Shown one piece after another: positions 12,408 to 24,425 of a stretch of 64,000 bases of DNA. The position numbers and the translations under genes were made by a program. How positions within the stretch are numbered: position 1 is the first letter of the stretch; each line of letters opens with the position of its first letter. Origin of the DNA: Octopus vulgaris (lineage: Eukaryota). Where the stretch lies: NCBI GenBank assembly GCA_951406725.2, contig OX597829.1:30876001-30940000 (forward strand), in the 5' to 3' direction. The notes under the pieces are model-generated. The model searched no databases. It saw only the letters and a list, made by a program, of their open reading frames with translations, and was not told the DNA's origin.

Positions 12408-13668
12408 CATCATCATCATCATCATCGTTTAACGTCTGCTTTCCGCGCTAGCACGGGTTGGACGGTTTGACCGGGTCTGGGAAGCCAGGGGCCGCTCCAG
12501 GCTCCAGTCTGAATCTGGCAGAGTTTCTACGGCTGGATGCCCTTCCTAATGCCAACCACTCCGTGAGTGGATTGGGTGCTTTTTACGTGCCACCTGCACA
12601 GGGGCCGGAGGGTCCGGCATCGTCACGATCGGTTCGAGCATTTTAACGTGTCAGCGGCACGGGGGCAACGAGGTCCGGGGTACTTTGGGGATCGGGGTAC
12701 TTTGGGGATCCAGGGTACTTTGGGGATCCGGGGTACTTAGAATGGGTAGGGGGTATGTGGAATTGCTGCAGAAAGCAGCCCGGGTCTTTGTAGTCACAGC
12801 ATATCTCCAGAGATCTCGGTCCTTCGTCATTGCCTCAGTGAGGCCCAATGCTCTGAGGTCATGCTTGACCACCTCATCCCATGTCTTCCTGGGTCTATCT
12901 CTCCCCCTGATACCTTCAACTGTTTGGGAGTGGCACTTCTTCACACATCTCTCTTCATCCATCCGCAGCACATGACCATACCATCGCAAGCGTCGCTCTT
13001 GCACACCACATCTGATGCTTCTTATATCCAGCATTTCTCTCAGGATACTTACACTCTGTTTTGCGTGCACACTGACACTACACATCCAGCGGATCATGCT
13101 AGCTTCATTTCTTTCAAGTCTACTTCTATCTAGAGCATCACCCTTACCCTTGTAGTAGTTGACTATGGTGCTGCTGCACCAGTCATTGGGTATGGCTCCA
13201 TTGTGAACTACCTGGTTTACAATGCGGGTGACTATGGCATGGCCCACATAGCCAGCTGTTTTAAGCATCTCAGCAGTGATTCCTGATAGGCCAGGGGCTT
13301 TGCCTGGTTTCATATCCTTAATTGCCTTATCTACAAGGGAGCTGTCTATTCGGGTAGCTGGTCCCTCTACTGGGTCAACATTTGGCAGGCTCTCCTCCTC
13401 CCATTCATTCTCCTCATTCAGCAGTCTTTCATAATGGCTTCTCCAAGCCTCTTTCTTTTCACTAGTAGTAAAAGCAAGTGCCCCATCATCCATGCGGACA
13501 CATTTCTCTCCTATAACATCGCTATTTTCTCTGACACACTGTCTGGCAATCCGAAATACTTCAGCTCTTTGATCCTCGCGACGCTGGACATTGGCAAACT
13601 TCTTCTTTTCTGCTACATCTTTGGCAATGTATACCTGCCGCCCAGCCTCCCTTTTGGCTATCTGGTAC
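12408..13668 (-). mobile_element. RTE-type LINE, 5'-truncated, with in-frame internal deletion of the RT core and (GAT)n tail
   Basis: ORF 12651-13670 has the pre-RT linker (KAPGLSGITAEMLK..DWCSSTIVNYYKGKGDALDR) fused directly to the post-RT region (RLERNEASMIRW..RLRWYGHV..RPRKTWDEVV). It sits in (TA)n. Confidence 0.9.
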
Positions 13669-13782
13669 ATATATATATTGTTAATTCAAGGAAATTATAT
13701 CTTCATTAGGGATTATATAATCCAAGATATTATAATATATATAATATAATATTCTTATATTATATATATGATATATATAATA

Positions 13783-13986
13783 TTCTTTTACTTGTTTCAG
13801 TCATTTGACTGCAGCCATGCTGGAGCACTGCCTTTAGCTGAACATATCAATCCCAGGACTTATTCTTTGTAAGTTGAGTACTTATTCTATTGGTCTCTTT
13901 TGCTGAACTGCTAAGTTACGGAAATGCAAACAAACCAACATCGGTTGTCATTTGAAGGTGGGGGCACAAACACAGACACAAATATA

Positions 13987-14048
<62 letters not shown>

Positions 14049-14708
14049 TATATATAGGATCAGAATCGAAATCGATCAATGGAAATTGCAGATGTGTTAC
14101 CAGTGCCGGTGGCATGTCGAAACTCTACATGTGAAGACCCGTTGAGGCAAGTGAGGATCAGAATGGAAATCGATCAATGGAAATTGCAGATGTGTTACCA
14201 GTGCCGGTGGCATGTAAGAGAACCTTCCGTTTCGCGACCGTTGCCTGCACCGCCCCGTTTCGTGTCCGTTGCCAGCCTCGCCTGGCCCTCGTGCCGGTGG
14301 CACATAAAAAGCACCATCCGTTCATGGCCGTTTGCCAGCTCTGTCTGGCACCTGTGCGGGTGGCACGTAAAAAGCACCAACTACACTCACGGAGTGGTTG
14401 GCGTTAGGAAGGGTATCCAGCCGTAGAAACACTGCCAGATTTGACTGGGCCTGATGCAGCCTTCTGGCTTCACAGACCCCAGTAGAACCGTCCAACCCAT
14501 GCTAGCATGGAAAGTGGACGCTAAACGACAACGATGATATATATATATATATGACAGGCTTCTTTCAGTTTCCATCAACCAAATCCACTGTCAAGGCTTT
14601 GGTTGGCCCAAGGATATAGTTGAAGACACTTGTCCAAAATGCAGGACTGAACATGGAACCATGTGATTGGGAAGCAAGCTTCTTACCACACAGCCATGCT
14701 TGCACCTA
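13783..14708 (-). mobile_element. SINE family A split by an RTE 3' UTR insertion
   Basis: Tail at 13783-13985 and head at 14552-14708. The insert lies in the internal (TA)n. Confidence 0.85.
14057..14537 (+). mobile_element. RTE-type LINE 3' UTR/tail with internal repeats
   Basis: Shares GGAGTGGTTGGCGTTAGGAAGGG..CCAACCCATGCTAGCATGGAAA..TAAACGA with 44100-44272 and 12408-12590. A ~60-bp segment is duplicated at 14057 and 14155. Confidence 0.85.
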
Positions 14709-14942
14709 TATGTATAAGTATATAATATATATATATGTACATAATATTTTTCTCTTTCTCTTTTCTCTTTCTCTTTTATATAATATATAATAGATATGCA
14801 TGTAATATATATATATATTATCTCTCTCTCTTCCATACTCTACCATTTCATCTATGCTCTGATCCTTTGTTACTTGTAACTATACCCTGGCACTTCACCA
14901 CCATCTCTCTCCTGCTCTCTTTTGCACTTTTACTGTCTTCCA

Positions 14943-14973
<31 letters not shown>

Positions 14974-15119
14974 TTACTCTTCCCTCTGGCTGGGTAGCCA
15001 TGTATCTCTTCCACAGCAGCACACCTGTTTCTACTTCTCTGTCTCTCTGTCACACTCTAACCTTTCATCACCTGACACAAGATCCTCTCCCTCAGCTCGC
15101 CTCTCCTCTCTCAAAATTC

Positions 15120-15425
15120 CTTGTCTTGCGAGTTACTTGGTGACCCTGCCAGTGCTGATGCCATGTGAAAAGCATCCAAGTCCACACTGTAAAGTGGTTG
15201 GCATTTGGAAGGGCACCCAGCTGTAAAAATCACGTCAAAACTGATCTTGTCTATGCTGGCACCGTGTAAATAGCACTGACTCCACTCTCCAGAATGGTTG
15301 ATGTTAGGAAGGGCATCCAACCATAAACACCCTGCCAAAACAGATACAGTAACCTAGGATAGTCTTCTACCTGGCCAGCTCCTGTCAGCCGTCCTACTCA
15401 TGCACCCATGGAAGATGATGATGAT
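15120..15425 (+). mobile_element. Older RTE-type 3' UTR/tail
   Basis: Degenerate TGGTTG..TTAGGAAGGGCATCC motifs and a GATGATGAT end. Confidence 0.65.
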
Positions 15426-15550
15426 ATATTGTAATTATTATTATCTCTATTGTTGTTGTTGTTGTTGTTGTTGTTTTTGCTGCTGCTGTTGTTGTTGTTT
15501 TCCCTTTTTGCTTCAAATTTTCTTCCATTTCTCACCGAGTGTTTTCCATA

Positions 15551-15626
15551 CTTATTATTATTATTATCATTATTATTATTATTATTATTATCATTATTAT
15601 TATTATCATTATTATTATTATTATTA

Positions 15627-15681
<55 letters not shown>

Positions 15682-15740
15682 CATTATTATTATTATTATT
15701 ATTATCATTATTATTATTATCATTATTATTATTATTATTA

Positions 15741-15810
<70 letters not shown>

Positions 15811-15844
15811 CATTATTATTATTATTATATTATTATTATTATTA

Positions 15845-15936
<92 letters not shown>

Positions 15937-16014
15937 TGTTTATGTTTATGTTTTCCAGTTTCAGCTCTTGAGCTGTGGCCATGCTGGGGCACCACCATTA
16001 AAAGATATATGGCC

Positions 16015-16055
<41 letters not shown>

Positions 16056-16110
16056 CATTATTATTATTATTTGCTACACCAGCAGCAATAGTAGTAGTTG
16101 AGCTGCCCCT

Positions 16111-16191
<81 letters not shown>

Positions 16192-16245
16192 TTACTACTT
16201 CTACTGCTGCTGCTGCTACTACTACTAATAATAATACTACTACTA
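15551..16245. repeat. Long (TTA)n tract (~385 bp, TCA interruptions) followed by (TTA)n and (CTA/CTG)n
   Basis: Visible directly. It is the source of the poly-Y/L/I ORFs. Confidence 0.97.
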
Positions 16246-17174
16246 GTCGGCTAAATAAATCTGACATACTGCAACGGCATCCTATTTGTGCTACATATAA
16301 TATCTCTGGCCCATTTATAGACCTCAATACAATTTAATCTAAAAAAAGAAAAAGAACAAAAACCACAAACACAGATTCTACAAAACTATTCATGACTCAA
16401 AAAAAAAGAAAGAGAAAAAAAATAAGGAAAAGAAATAAATGAGTGAATAAATAAATGATAATCAAAACAAAAACAATTAGGTTAATTATTAGCAAATGCT
16501 GTTCTTTTAGGAGCTGTCATTTTTATTTCTCTGGAATTTAATTTTCTCATTCATTTCATCATACCATCTTAAGATGGATTCTATTTGTAGATTCTCATCT
16601 ATTATTGTTTTATTTCTTCATTTATTTTCCTATTTGCTTCTGAAGAGATGATCTCGACAAGAATTATCATTAGTGCTAATGATTTCTTCTTTTCATTATG
16701 AATGTAATTTTAATTGATTAATCATTTTGTTGCTGCTTTTTTTTTTTTCCATTTTGATTCAACATGCTGAATATGTTAGCTCCCACTTAACTATGTTCTT
16801 TTTTGTGCAGAAGGCATTCCTGGGAATTTTATCAATGACATCATTTTAAATTGTTAAATCAGTGGATTTGTTTTTCTTTTTTTTTTCAATCAAAATTCAT
16901 GAGTATCCACTCACTGTTCTTCTAGGAAGCAGTAAGATTATGCTTTACTAAAGAGGTTAAATAAGACTGAAACATGTACACAATTGTCACTAAATGTACC
17001 AAAGCATCAGACATAATCTCTAATGCATATCTAGATTTAATTTTTAAAGAGCAGAGTTGTTTCCTTTATCTTTCTTGACATGTATGTGCAGGCCCAGGCA
17101 AGATCTTTTAGGGGAAAATCTTAACAGTTTCCTGTACATGCAAGTTTCCCCTCCTTGTGACAACAGTGTTTATC

Positions 17175-17973
17175 GGATCTTTTCCCTTTCAATGGCAGAT
17201 CGAGAAATTAATTTTTTGTAACCAAACACTTTCAAACTTTGGACACTGGTAGATTGTATCAAATAAAACATCTTTTACTCTTAGTGTTGTTGAGAAAAGT
17301 TTCTATTTTCAAAATTATTTCAGTAATTTCAACCAATCAAAGATGTGTATTCAGCTGAATAAAATTACTGACGTTGTTTGTCAACAACAATTATCAGTGG
17401 TGTATATTTCGTTTGTCACTGTTATTTATGACATTGTCCGTGCGTTTAGCTTTAGGGTTTTAGGGTTTTAGGGTTAGGGTTTTAGGGTTAGGGTTAGGGT
17501 TTTAGAGTTAGGGTTAGGGTTTTAAAGTTAGGATTAGGGTTAAGGTTTTAGGGTTATGGTTAGGGTTAAGGTTTTTGGGTTAGGGTTTTAGAGTTAGGAT
17601 TAGGGTTAGGGTTAGGGTCGGGGTTTTAGGGTTAGAGTTACAGAAAAAAGTGAAAAATGAAGACATTGGAGGAGGGGTGGGGTGGGGGGCCAAAAAGTTC
17701 AAAATTTTGATTTTTGGTAATTTTTCAGAATCTCTGTCTTTTTGGCAAAAAAATTTTATTCAGCTGAATACAAATCATTGATTGGTTGAAATTACTGAAA
17801 TTACTGAAATACAACAACTTTAACACGAAATAACTTTGAAAATAGAAACTTTTCTCAACAATACTAAGAGTAAAATATGTTTTATATGACACATTCTACT
17901 AGTATACAAAGTTTCAAAGTGTTTAGTTACAAAAAATTAATTTCTTGGTCTGCCGTTCAAAGGGAAAAGATCC
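17175..17973. mobile_element. Non-autonomous DNA transposon with ~190-bp TIRs, GG..CC termini and 8-bp TSD (Merlin- or Mutator-like)
   Basis: GGATCTTTTCCCTTT.. / ..AAAGGGAAAAGATCC. TGTTTATC is duplicated at 17167-17174 and 17974-17981. The TIRs extend to TATTCAGCTGAATAAAATT. Confidence 0.9.
17446..17640 (+). repeat. Degenerate telomeric-type (TTAGGG/TTTTAGGG)n array inside the MITE
   Basis: Visible directly. Confidence 0.92.
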
Positions 17974-18131
17974 TGTTTATCTAAAGGGAAAGCTGCTAAC
18001 TTAAGCCCTTACAACTTGGTACCATTGTCATCACAGACAAAGAACCTGAACAGATACCACAAGGCATCTTGCCTGACTCTCTAACAGTTCCATTAATCCA
18101 TCATCCTGGGTTGATACATTTTTATTGACCT

Positions 18132-18329
18132 CACTAGTGTAGCAAGATGAGAGCAGAGGAGGCAGTCCACCCTGGGTGGCACTTTTATGGAGGCAATATG
18201 TATAGGGGCAATATGTATTTTATGAGGACAATATGTAACTTTTGTAGGTAATATATATTTTTTGTGGAAGCCCATGGGTTACAAACTGAAGGGCTACTCT
18301 GGGTGACACACACTCTAGCTATGCTAGTG
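18132..18329. mobile_element. hAT-like MITE inserted in a SINE B
   Basis: TIR CACTAGTGTAGC / GCTATGCTAGTG with imperfect 8-bp TSD ATTGACCT / ATTGATCC. The SINE B core resumes after it. Confidence 0.65.
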
Positions 18330-20269
18330 ATTGATCCCAAAATGATAAAAGGCAAAGTTTGAACTTGGATTGAACTCTTAATGTAGAGGATCAGAACAAA
18401 TACTACAAGGCATTGGTCCATCACTCTCTAACAATTAAGTCAGTCCACTTTGGATGTAAAGATGTAAGTGACCTGGCAATTTGCTCATAGAAGGGACAAC
18501 ACTGGTCATGGCTTCTAACTGTCATAGTGCACTAATGTAAACACACATGCATATTTACATGCACATACACACACATGGACATGCACATGCACATAAACAT
18601 ACACACACATGGACATGCATACACACACACACACACACTCACCCCCACACGCACGTGTACATGCACACACTCATACACATACACTCACACACACCACACA
18701 CACATGTACATGCACACATCCATACACATGCATACACATACTTGATGGGCTTCTTTTAGTTCCCATCAGGGAAATACCTAAATCCAGTCACAAGCCTTTG
18801 GTTGGTCCAGAACTTATTGTAGAAGACACTTATCTGAGGTGTCAAGCAGTGAGACTGAACCCCAAATCACATGATTGGGAAGTAAACACCTCAGCTGCAC
18901 AGTCATACCTGTCATTTTGATGGACTGAAGATAGGGAAAATATCTCAGCTTACCACATTGGGTATGTTAGCATCCACTTAACAATAAAAAAAAAACAAAG
19001 ATACATTGAATAAGCTCAGATCTCCAAGAGACCACAAACCTATCAAACACAAATAAAAGACAATCCAACAAGAAAGTTGGATTTTCTCATGGAATAAAGT
19101 TGGAATTCTTTTAAAAATTAAAACAAAAACAAAAACAGAAAAAATTTAGAAATTCATTAAAATAATCCTTTGATTTCAGGTCGTTTTTCTTTTTGTGGCA
19201 CCAGACCAGATACTTCAAAAATATTCACGCGGAACTCAAGTGATGCATACATAAATATTCAATCTGTAAAATGGACAACGAAGCAATCCAAACGAAATCT
19301 TTTTTTTTTTCTTTTTTGTAAAGAACTTATTGCACCGTGCCATAATTCTAAAAGAATTATGCTTTCAACTAACCATTCGAAACAAACATCTGAGCCAGAG
19401 TTTATCAAATCAAATTTAAAATACATAAAAGAGACAACGTGCCTATTCAGTTTTCAAAATATGCAGAAGTCTTTAGAAAATGAAATTTTCGTAAAATCAG
19501 ATGAAGGGCAGGGGTGGTACAGTGGGGGTGGCGATATAAAAAAAATGAATTACAGGAATTATGGTATAAAAGCAATCTGATAGAATATTAATAAATCACC
19601 ATGGTTTTAAAATATTATTTTGAAATTAATTGCAACAAAAGTTATCACTTGATTGAAATGTGATTAATTTCTTTTTTGTTTTTAGTTTTTTAATAAAAAT
19701 TCAGTAATCTGTATAGTTTACCCTTGAGTCACGATTAATCTTGTTGATTCTTTAAGATTAGTTGGTGTTTCAATCCATAAATAATACAAAAATGTTAAAG
19801 CATATGTATGTTCATCAAATATGGTATGTTCTTACACATGTAACATTGTGAGTTGAAAAGCTTCAATTGGCTGAGAGTATCCAAGTGATTAGCAGAAAAG
19901 CACTCCCTCTGGAAATGTTTAATGTTAAAAAAACGAAATGACAAGTAAATTTAATATGGTTACAAGTAGCCATCAAATCGCTCTGAAATTACACCCTACT
20001 GTTTTAAACTAGAGAAGCACATTAGTCAATGTATTCCGAGATAGTCAATGCTTTGGAAAACAGCAAAGCCATCATAGCTAGAACATGTTTACTGATAGTT
20101 CTCCTAAGTCAAAGCTAAACAACAACAACAGAAATTGTTTGTACTCAACCCTATACAGTTTTGAATAAAATACATCTAAGACCTTCAAAGTCATTAAAAA
20201 TGCCATGTTTCACAGTCTTTGATAATCTCTATCTGAAGAATCTTGTAATCATAATATAATTAAAACCAA

Positions 20270-20605
20270 GGGTGGTGAGCTAGCAGAATTGTTAACACAC
20301 CTGGAGAAATGCTTAATGGCATTTTGTCTATCTTCATGCTCTGAGTTCAAATTCAGCCAAGGTTGACTTTGCTTTCATCCTTTTGGGGTCATGGTGAGCT
20401 GGCAGAATCATTAGCACATTGGGCAAAATGCTTAGCTGTATTTTGTGCATCTTCATGTTCCGTGTTCTGCCAAGGTTGATTTAGCCTTTCATCCTTTAAG
20501 GGTTGATAAAATGAGTATCAATTGAGCACTGGGATTGATGTCACCAACTTACACCTTCCCCTAAAATTGCTGGCCTTGTGCCGAAATTTGAAATTTGAAA
20601 CCAAT
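20270..20605 (+). mobile_element. Two tandem SINE B copies
   Basis: Heads GGTGAGCT(A/G)GCAGAA at ~20274 and ~20393, each followed by the CTTTCATCCTTT core. Confidence 0.8.
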
Positions 20606-20776
20606 ATAAGTAAAACTGTGCCTCAAAGACTAGTCTTCCTCTTTGGGACAAGGAAATACTCCAGATCTCATCAATTTGTGTGTCGCAATAAATAAAACAG
20701 AAGTAAAACTCATAACGAAGTAGTGTTACTATATGTGAGACGGTGCTGCTGTGACACACACACACACACGCACAAA

Positions 20777-21085
20777 CATCCTAGACCACATCAAAAAGCA
20801 GGTCATCAACATGCTCTGACATCTGGTCCTCACTATCTATTTTACTACTACAACAACAGCTGCTACTCCACCACTGCTGACAAACTATTCTTTCCTCCTC
20901 TTGGCACTCATACTCTCTTCTCACATTCACAGACCCTTCCTCCCCTTACCCAAACACATACTGATCTCTATTTCCAATTCTTCCTGCCTAGAGTGTTACC
21001 TGTCTGGAATTCTTCTTTTACCTGTCCATATTTTTTCCAGTTGTTGTCAGATGCTCAAACTGAACATCGACATTAACAATATCAG
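20777..21085 (+). mobile_element. CR1/L2-like LINE ORF2 3' end, decayed
   Basis: LFYYYNNSCYS..YFQFFLPRVLPVWNS..PVHIF resembles the FFPRTxxLWNSLP C-terminus of CR1-group LINEs. Confidence 0.55.
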
Positions 21086-22019
21086 CAGTCTCAGAGGGCC
21101 AGCAAAGACCAGATCATCAACTCTTCCTTTTGGTCATGTATTAAAAAAAACACACACACATGCCCACATGCATGCACTCATGCATGCATACACATGTGCG
21201 TGCACACACACACATACATTCATACAGATACCCATTTACTTGAAATAAAATCATCTAACTTCACTGGCTTCGAATCTATTGGTCACTGGTCCCTAACTGG
21301 TGTGTGCCAAAGCTTATCTAGAAGCAGCATAAATTTTTAAAAAGTATAATTTAAGGCTTTAGAAAATCCACACTAATCCTCGATCATCTTGAAAAATTAG
21401 TTATTCATAATTTTGTGATACAGAAACTGTAGTCAATAAAACAAGGTATTTTTGTATTTTACTATTTTTCTAAAAGACAAATTGTCTTTCACATTCTTGA
21501 GTACACGAGAACATGTTAAAATAGATATACATATCTTTATTAAGGTTATTATTGCTCTCTGAATTTCTATCTTTCATCTTTTAATTGTTTTAGTCATTGG
21601 ACAGCAGCCATGCTGGGGTTTCACTTCGAAGGATTTAGTTGAACAAATGAACTCCCAGTACTTATTTATTAAAGTCTGTTAAATCTAGTATTCATTCTAT
21701 CGTTCTCTTTTACCAAACTGCTAGGTTACAGGGATGTAACCAAAGCAACTTCATTTGACAAGCAGTGGTGGAGACAAACACGCACATACACACGTGCATG
21801 TACACACAAGTATATATACATATACACATGCATGCACACACACACACACATTACCCTAAAATTAAGGCAACCGAAGCTTCAGGCTTTAATTACTATCAAT
21901 AAATATAAGATATAAAAATTTCAGATCATTATTAAAGTTTAGTGTGTCTCCTTTTTGTTTCAGACTAAATAAATTCAGATTTATAAATCAGATTATGGCT
22001 GTAGACTGAAATACAATCA

Positions 22020-22705
22020 TAACCCTCCACAAAGGAGGTGAAAGGAATACAGTTACAGTGAAAAACCTAAAATTAACCAAAACAATCTGGGAAATTGTCA
22101 AGAAATTTCAAGAGAGACTAGTTCCACTAGTCTTCAGGCCGATTGACCTGAACATGACTGGAAAAGAAGTGTGTGGACCCCTCAGCTTATCAAGAGTACC
22201 AGAGAAAATCCTTGTTGTTCCATCAGCAAACTGGCTACCACAGAAAAAGTAAGCCAAAACATTGATGTATTGAGTGCTGAAGGAGGATCTCAGGATCCAC
22301 TCCTACAAGATGATCCACCATCATGAGCTCATGCAAGTTGATAAGACCATGAGACTGGAGTGAAATCGTCTTATTTAGCATCAGGTTACTGAAAACATGC
22401 TGCCCAACCTAGTGTTCATTTAAGAAAAGAAACTTGACATCAAACAGACAGTAAACCACCAGAATGATTGATTTCAGAGTGTATCTAGCTCTGTTGAGGG
22501 CAGACTCATAAATCAACAACAAAATCCACAGTCAGTTATGGTTTGGGTGGCTGTGACAGCCACTGGAAGACTCCCTTCGTTTTTGTGCCCTTGGGTGTTA
22601 AAATTAGCACCCAGCAATAAATTAGCAATATTCTGGAAGCTGAAATGCTTCCATTGGCAAATGAGCACTTTCAAAGTGCATCTTGGACTTGGCACCATCT
22701 CACAG
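22020..22705 (+). pseudogene. Tc1/mariner-superfamily (DD37D/maT-like) transposase relic
   Basis: PNLVFI*EKKLDIKQTVNHQND..NPQSVMVWVAVTATGR..GVKI..ISNILEAEMLP, with stops and frameshifts. Confidence 0.65.
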
Positions 22706-22744
22706 CCAAAGCCAGTTTCAGTCGGGCTGGTAACGAAAGAGTTA

Positions 22745-22960
22745 AGGTGATGAGCTAGCAGAATTGTTATGCCAGGCAAAATGCATTGTGACATTTTGTC
22801 CATGGTCATGTTCTGAGTTCAATTATTGCCAAGGTCAACTTTACCTTTCACCCTTTTGGGGTGGATAAAATAAGTACCAGTTGAGTACTGGGGTCAATGT
22901 AATCGACTAAGCCTCACCCCTGAGACTTTTGGACTTATACCAAAATTTGAAATCAATATT
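22745..22960 (+). mobile_element. SINE family B
   Basis: Head, core and CCAAAATTTGAAA tail. Confidence 0.8.
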
Positions 22961-23252
22961 ACTTTTTGCTTTGATCAACTGAATTACCAGAATTTAGTGT
23001 CAAAGCTGGTCGAGTATTCCACAGATATGTGAATCCTTAAAATGAATCAGTGAAACACACACACATGCATATGCACACACACACATGCACACACAGAGAC
23101 ACACACACACACATACAAACACACAGACACACACATGCACACGCACAAACATTTGCACACACATGTGCATGCGCACACATACACATAGAGACACACAGAC
23201 AGACAGACAGACACACACACACACACACAAAGCGGGTTTCTTTCAGTTTCTT

Positions 23253-23483
23253 ATTTCTTTATTGCCTACAAGGGGCTAAACATAGAGGGGACAAACAAGG
23301 ACAGACAAAGGGATTAAGTCGATTACATCGACCTCAGTGCATAACTGGTACTTAATTTATCGATCCTGAAAGGATGAAAGGCAAAGTCGACCTCGGTGGC
23401 GTTTGAACTCAGAACATAAAGACAGACGAAATACCGCTAGGCATTTCGCCTGGCGTGCTAATGCTTCTGCCAGCTTGTCACCT
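23253..23483 (-). mobile_element. SINE family B with Tx1-like tail, nested in a SINE A head
   Basis: Young copy. On the minus strand the tail is TTTGTCTGTCCTTGTTTGTCCCC..CAATAAAGAAAT. TTCTTTCAGTTTCT occurs on both flanks. Confidence 0.85.
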
Positions 23484-23888
23484 TCTTTCAGTTTCTGTCT
23501 ACCAAATTCACTCACAAGCTTTGGTCAGCCCAAGGCATTAGTGGAAGTCACTTGCCCAAGGTGCCACCAAGTGGGAACGAGCCCATTACCATGTGGCCGG
23601 GAAGCAAACTTCTTACTGCACAACCACATTGCCCAAAACTAAGATTCAAAGAAGCCAAGATTCATTTTTAGGGCCATGAAAATACTTCAGCTTGGTTGGG
23701 CAGTAATGGAGCATTTCTCATGTGTCAGGAACAGTGCTGCTGCTGTCTCTGTTGCTGCTGCACTCACAAACATCCAAGACTACACACTGAAAAGAGTAAG
23801 CTTCCTCTTAAGTGCTAGGAAAATACTTCAGTTCCAATTCTGCGGCTGAATCTCTTCTTTCAAGTAAGACTCACAACATATCTAGAGC

Positions 23889-23923
<35 letters not shown>

Positions 23924-24033
23924 ACACACTGAACATTTTCGATCATATTTTTAGAAAACCCTTTCGATTGATTGGCAAACCTACCACTTACTATGATCAA
24001 TAGCCTACAAGCATGTGGTGATTCGAAAGATTA

Positions 24034-24425
24034 TGGTGTGATGGTAGCGGCAATGGTGGTGGTGGTGGCGTTGTTGTTGTTGGTGGTGGTTGTGGTGGTG
24101 ATGATGGTAGTGGGTGGTGGTGGTGGTGGCATTGACACTGGTGGCAATGATGGTGGTAATTATGGTAGTGGTGATGGTGGTGGCAGTGGTTGTTGTGGTG
24201 GTGACAATGATGGCAAGATGTTTGTGGTGGTGGTACTTGTGGTGGTGGCGGTGGTGGCGTTGTTGTTGGTGGTGGTTGTGGTGGTGTTGATGGTAGTGGT
24301 GGCAATGATGGTGGCAGTGGTTCTTGTTGTGGTGGTGACAATGATGGTGGTGGTGGAGTTTGGTATTGGTGACATTGATGGTTGTTGTGGTGGCAGTAGT
24401 AGTGGTGACAATGGTGGTGGTAATT
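24034..24425. repeat. Degenerate (GGT)n tract with internal duplication
   Basis: GGTGGCGTTGTTGTT..GGTGGTTGTGGTGGTG recurs at ~24064 and ~24253. Confidence 0.9.

Noticed and set aside
17446-17640. Relic telomere or chromosome fusion site
   Set aside because: The array is single-orientation and enclosed by TIRs with a perfect TSD, so it arrived with a transposon.
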